From NCBI GenBank assembly GCA_963813815.1, contig CAWFAD010000011.1, positions 160,001 to 224,000 on the forward strand: a stretch of DNA of 64,000 bases, written 5' to 3'. Below, one piece after another: positions 62,392 to 64,000 of the stretch. Numbering within the stretch: the first letter of the stretch is position 1; each line of letters opens with the position of its first letter. The translations under genes and the position numbers were made by a program. The notes below the pieces were generated by a model, which saw only the letters and a list, made by a program, of their open reading frames with translations, was not told the origin of the DNA and made no database searches. The stretch comes from an uncultured bacterium (GTDB taxonomy: Bacteria; Krumholzibacteriota; Krumholzibacteriia; Krumholzibacteriales; Krumholzibacteriaceae).

Positions 62392-64000
62392 TTACTCGCC
62401 CGCCATGTCCCTGAGATCGGAGAGGATTTTGAGCGCGTCGAGCGGGGTAACTCTTTCTATATCTAGGTGTTGCAATCGGCTACGGATGTGGTCGGACTGC
62501 TCGAAAAGAGAGGGTTGGGCCGCCTCCGCCCGCCCCGGAATGGAGCCGGCCGATTTCTCCTTTTCGAGCGCCGCAAGAATTTCGCCAGCGCGCCGTATCA
62601 CGGAATCGGGGATGCCGGCGAGACGGGCGACGTGTATTCCGTAGCTGCGGTCGCTCGCCCCCTCGCGAATGGCGTGCAGAAACACGATCTCATCCCCCCA
62701 CTCCCTGACGTCGACGCGGAGATTGCGGGCGTGAGGGTATCGCTCGACGAGCTGGGTCAGCTCGTGGTAATGCGTCGCGAAAAGCGTCTTGGGCCGGCGC
62801 CGCTCGTTCTCGAGCAGGTGCTCGGACACGGCGCAGGCTATGCTCAACCCGTCGAGCGTGCTCGTTCCCCTGCCGATCTCGTCGAGGATCACGAGGCTCG
62901 AAGAGGTGCACTGATGAAGGATCTTGGCCGTCTCCGCCATCTCGACGAGAAACGTGCTCTGTCCGCGCGCGAGATTGTCGCTCGATCCCACGCGCGTGAA
63001 GATGCGGTCGAGAAGCGATATCGTGGCGCGCGCGGCCGGCACGAAGCTTCCCGCGTGGGCGAGCAGGGCGATGACCGCCGTCTGCCGGATGTAGGTGGAC
63101 TTGCCCCCCATGTTGGGGCCCGTTATGAGGAGAAAGGTGCGCTCCCCGCTCCGCAGCTCCGTGTCGTTCGGTATGAAGCTCGTGCCCGGAGCGAGCTCGA
63201 CGACGGGATGGCGCCCTTCGGAGATGACGAGATCGCCCGAGTCGTTTATTTCCGGGCGGCAGTAACCGCGCTCGATCGCGATCGAGGCGAGCGAGGCGAG
63301 AACGTCGAGGTCCGCGACCGCGCCCGCGACGGTCTGCACGGCCCGTCCCTCCCGCGCGATCGACTCGCATATCTCGTCGAATATCTCGCGCTCGAGCCCG
63401 ACGCGCCGGCTCTCCGCGGAAAGGATCGCCTGCTCCCGCTCGGTGAGCTCGGGCGTCACATATCGCTGCGACGACACGAGGGTCTGCTTCCCGATATAAT
63501 CGAGCGGCGCCTTCGCCGCGTGCAGCCGGGACACCTCGATGTAGTATCCGAACACCTTGTTGTATCCGACCTTGAGCGACGGTATGCCGGTGCGCTCCCG
63601 CTCCGACTCCTGCAGGCGCGCGATCCACGCCTTTCCTCCCTCCGACTCCTCGATGAGGCGGTCGAGCTCCGGTCGGAACCCCCGTCGGATGACTCCCCCG
63701 TCGCGCAGGTGCGCCGGAGCGCCGGGTTCGATGCCGCGGACGATCGCGTCGCGCGCGTCGATCCGAAGGCCGAGACGCGCTGCCGCGTCCGCGAGGACGG
63801 GCGCGGCGAAACGCCTCGCGGCTTCCGCGATCCCCGGCACGCGTTCGAGCGCCTCGGCGAGGGCGAGGAGGTCGCGAGGCGTCGCTTTCTTCGCCGTTAT
63901 GCGGGCGAGCAGGCGCTCGATATCCGGAAACCGCCGGAGGCGCGCATCGAGATCGCGCAGCCCCGACCGGTCGGCGGCGAGCGACGCTACGGCCTCGAGA
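62392..64000 (-). CDS. mutS: DNA mismatch repair protein MutS, C-terminal part (5' end outside window)
   Basis: GYNKVFGYYIE, TGPNMGGKSTY, STFLVEM, DEIGRGTS, FATHYHEL, SYGIHVA. Confidence 0.97.
   Translation of the reverse strand, partial: LEAVASLAADRSGLRDLDARLRRFPDIERLLARITAKKATPRDLLALAEALERVPGIAEAARRFAAPVLADAAARLGLRIDARDAIVRGIEPGAPAHLRDGGVIRRGFRPELDRLIEESEGGKAWIARLQESERERTGIPSLKVGYNKVFGYYIEVSRLHAAKAPLDYIGKQTLVSSQRYVTPELTEREQAILSAESRRVGLEREIFDEICESIAREGRAVQTVAGAVADLDVLASLASIAIERGYCRPEINDSGDLVISEGRHPVVELAPGTSFIPNDTELRSGERTFLLITGPNMGGKSTYIRQTAVIALLAHAGSFVPAARATISLLDRIFTRVGSSDNLARGQSTFLVEMAETAKILHQCTSSSLVILDEIGRGTSTLDGLSIACAVSEHLLENERRRPKTLFATHYHELTQLVERYPHARNLRVDVREWGDEIVFLHAIREGASDRSYGIHVARLAGIPDSVIRRAGEILAALEKEKSAGSIPGRAEAAQPSLFEQSDHIRSRLQHLDIERVTPLDALKILSDLRDMAGE

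Overview
GC-rich bacterial chromosome segment that very probably spans the replication terminus. All genes up to 32.46 kb lie on +, almost all genes after it lie on -, and a XerCD dif site (32478-32505) sits at the convergence point. Gene content (FlgD/T9SS-like C-terminal domains, a C-terminal SWGAIKSLYR tail) suggests an FCB-related candidate lineage such as Krumholzibacteriota/Latescibacterota; this is inference only. The left arm carries pheT-zapB-zapA-6S RNA-rny-ymdB-folD-xseAB-ispA-yuiD-dxs-nadK-recN-tRNA-Arg, an M28 peptidase, a diguanylate cyclase behind a sigma54-type promoter, an exopolysaccharide export cluster with a histidine kinase/sigma54 activator pair, and lptE-holA-trxA-tusA-like-leuS. 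The right arm carries secreted and membrane proteins, a PDZ-TM-GAF-PP2C phosphatase, and a lower-GC accessory block. That block holds two unannotated small transcription units, a TonB receptor-ThiF-MoaD-AOR-ferredoxin-S-component-like operon with many frameshifts, and a 14-blade RCC1-repeat protein. Housekeeping genes follow (apt, sigma factor, M23, pcm, surE, merR, gpsA, plsY, der, miaA, frameshifted mutL, mutS) with four more tRNAs. The best candidate for an undescribed system is the 37.0-37.6 kb pair: a structured transcript encoding a Trp-rich hydrophobic micropeptide with a sequestered RBS, and an adjacent ~145-200 nt ncRNA with consensus promoter and terminator. No CRISPR array, integrase, transposase or reverse transcriptase was seen.
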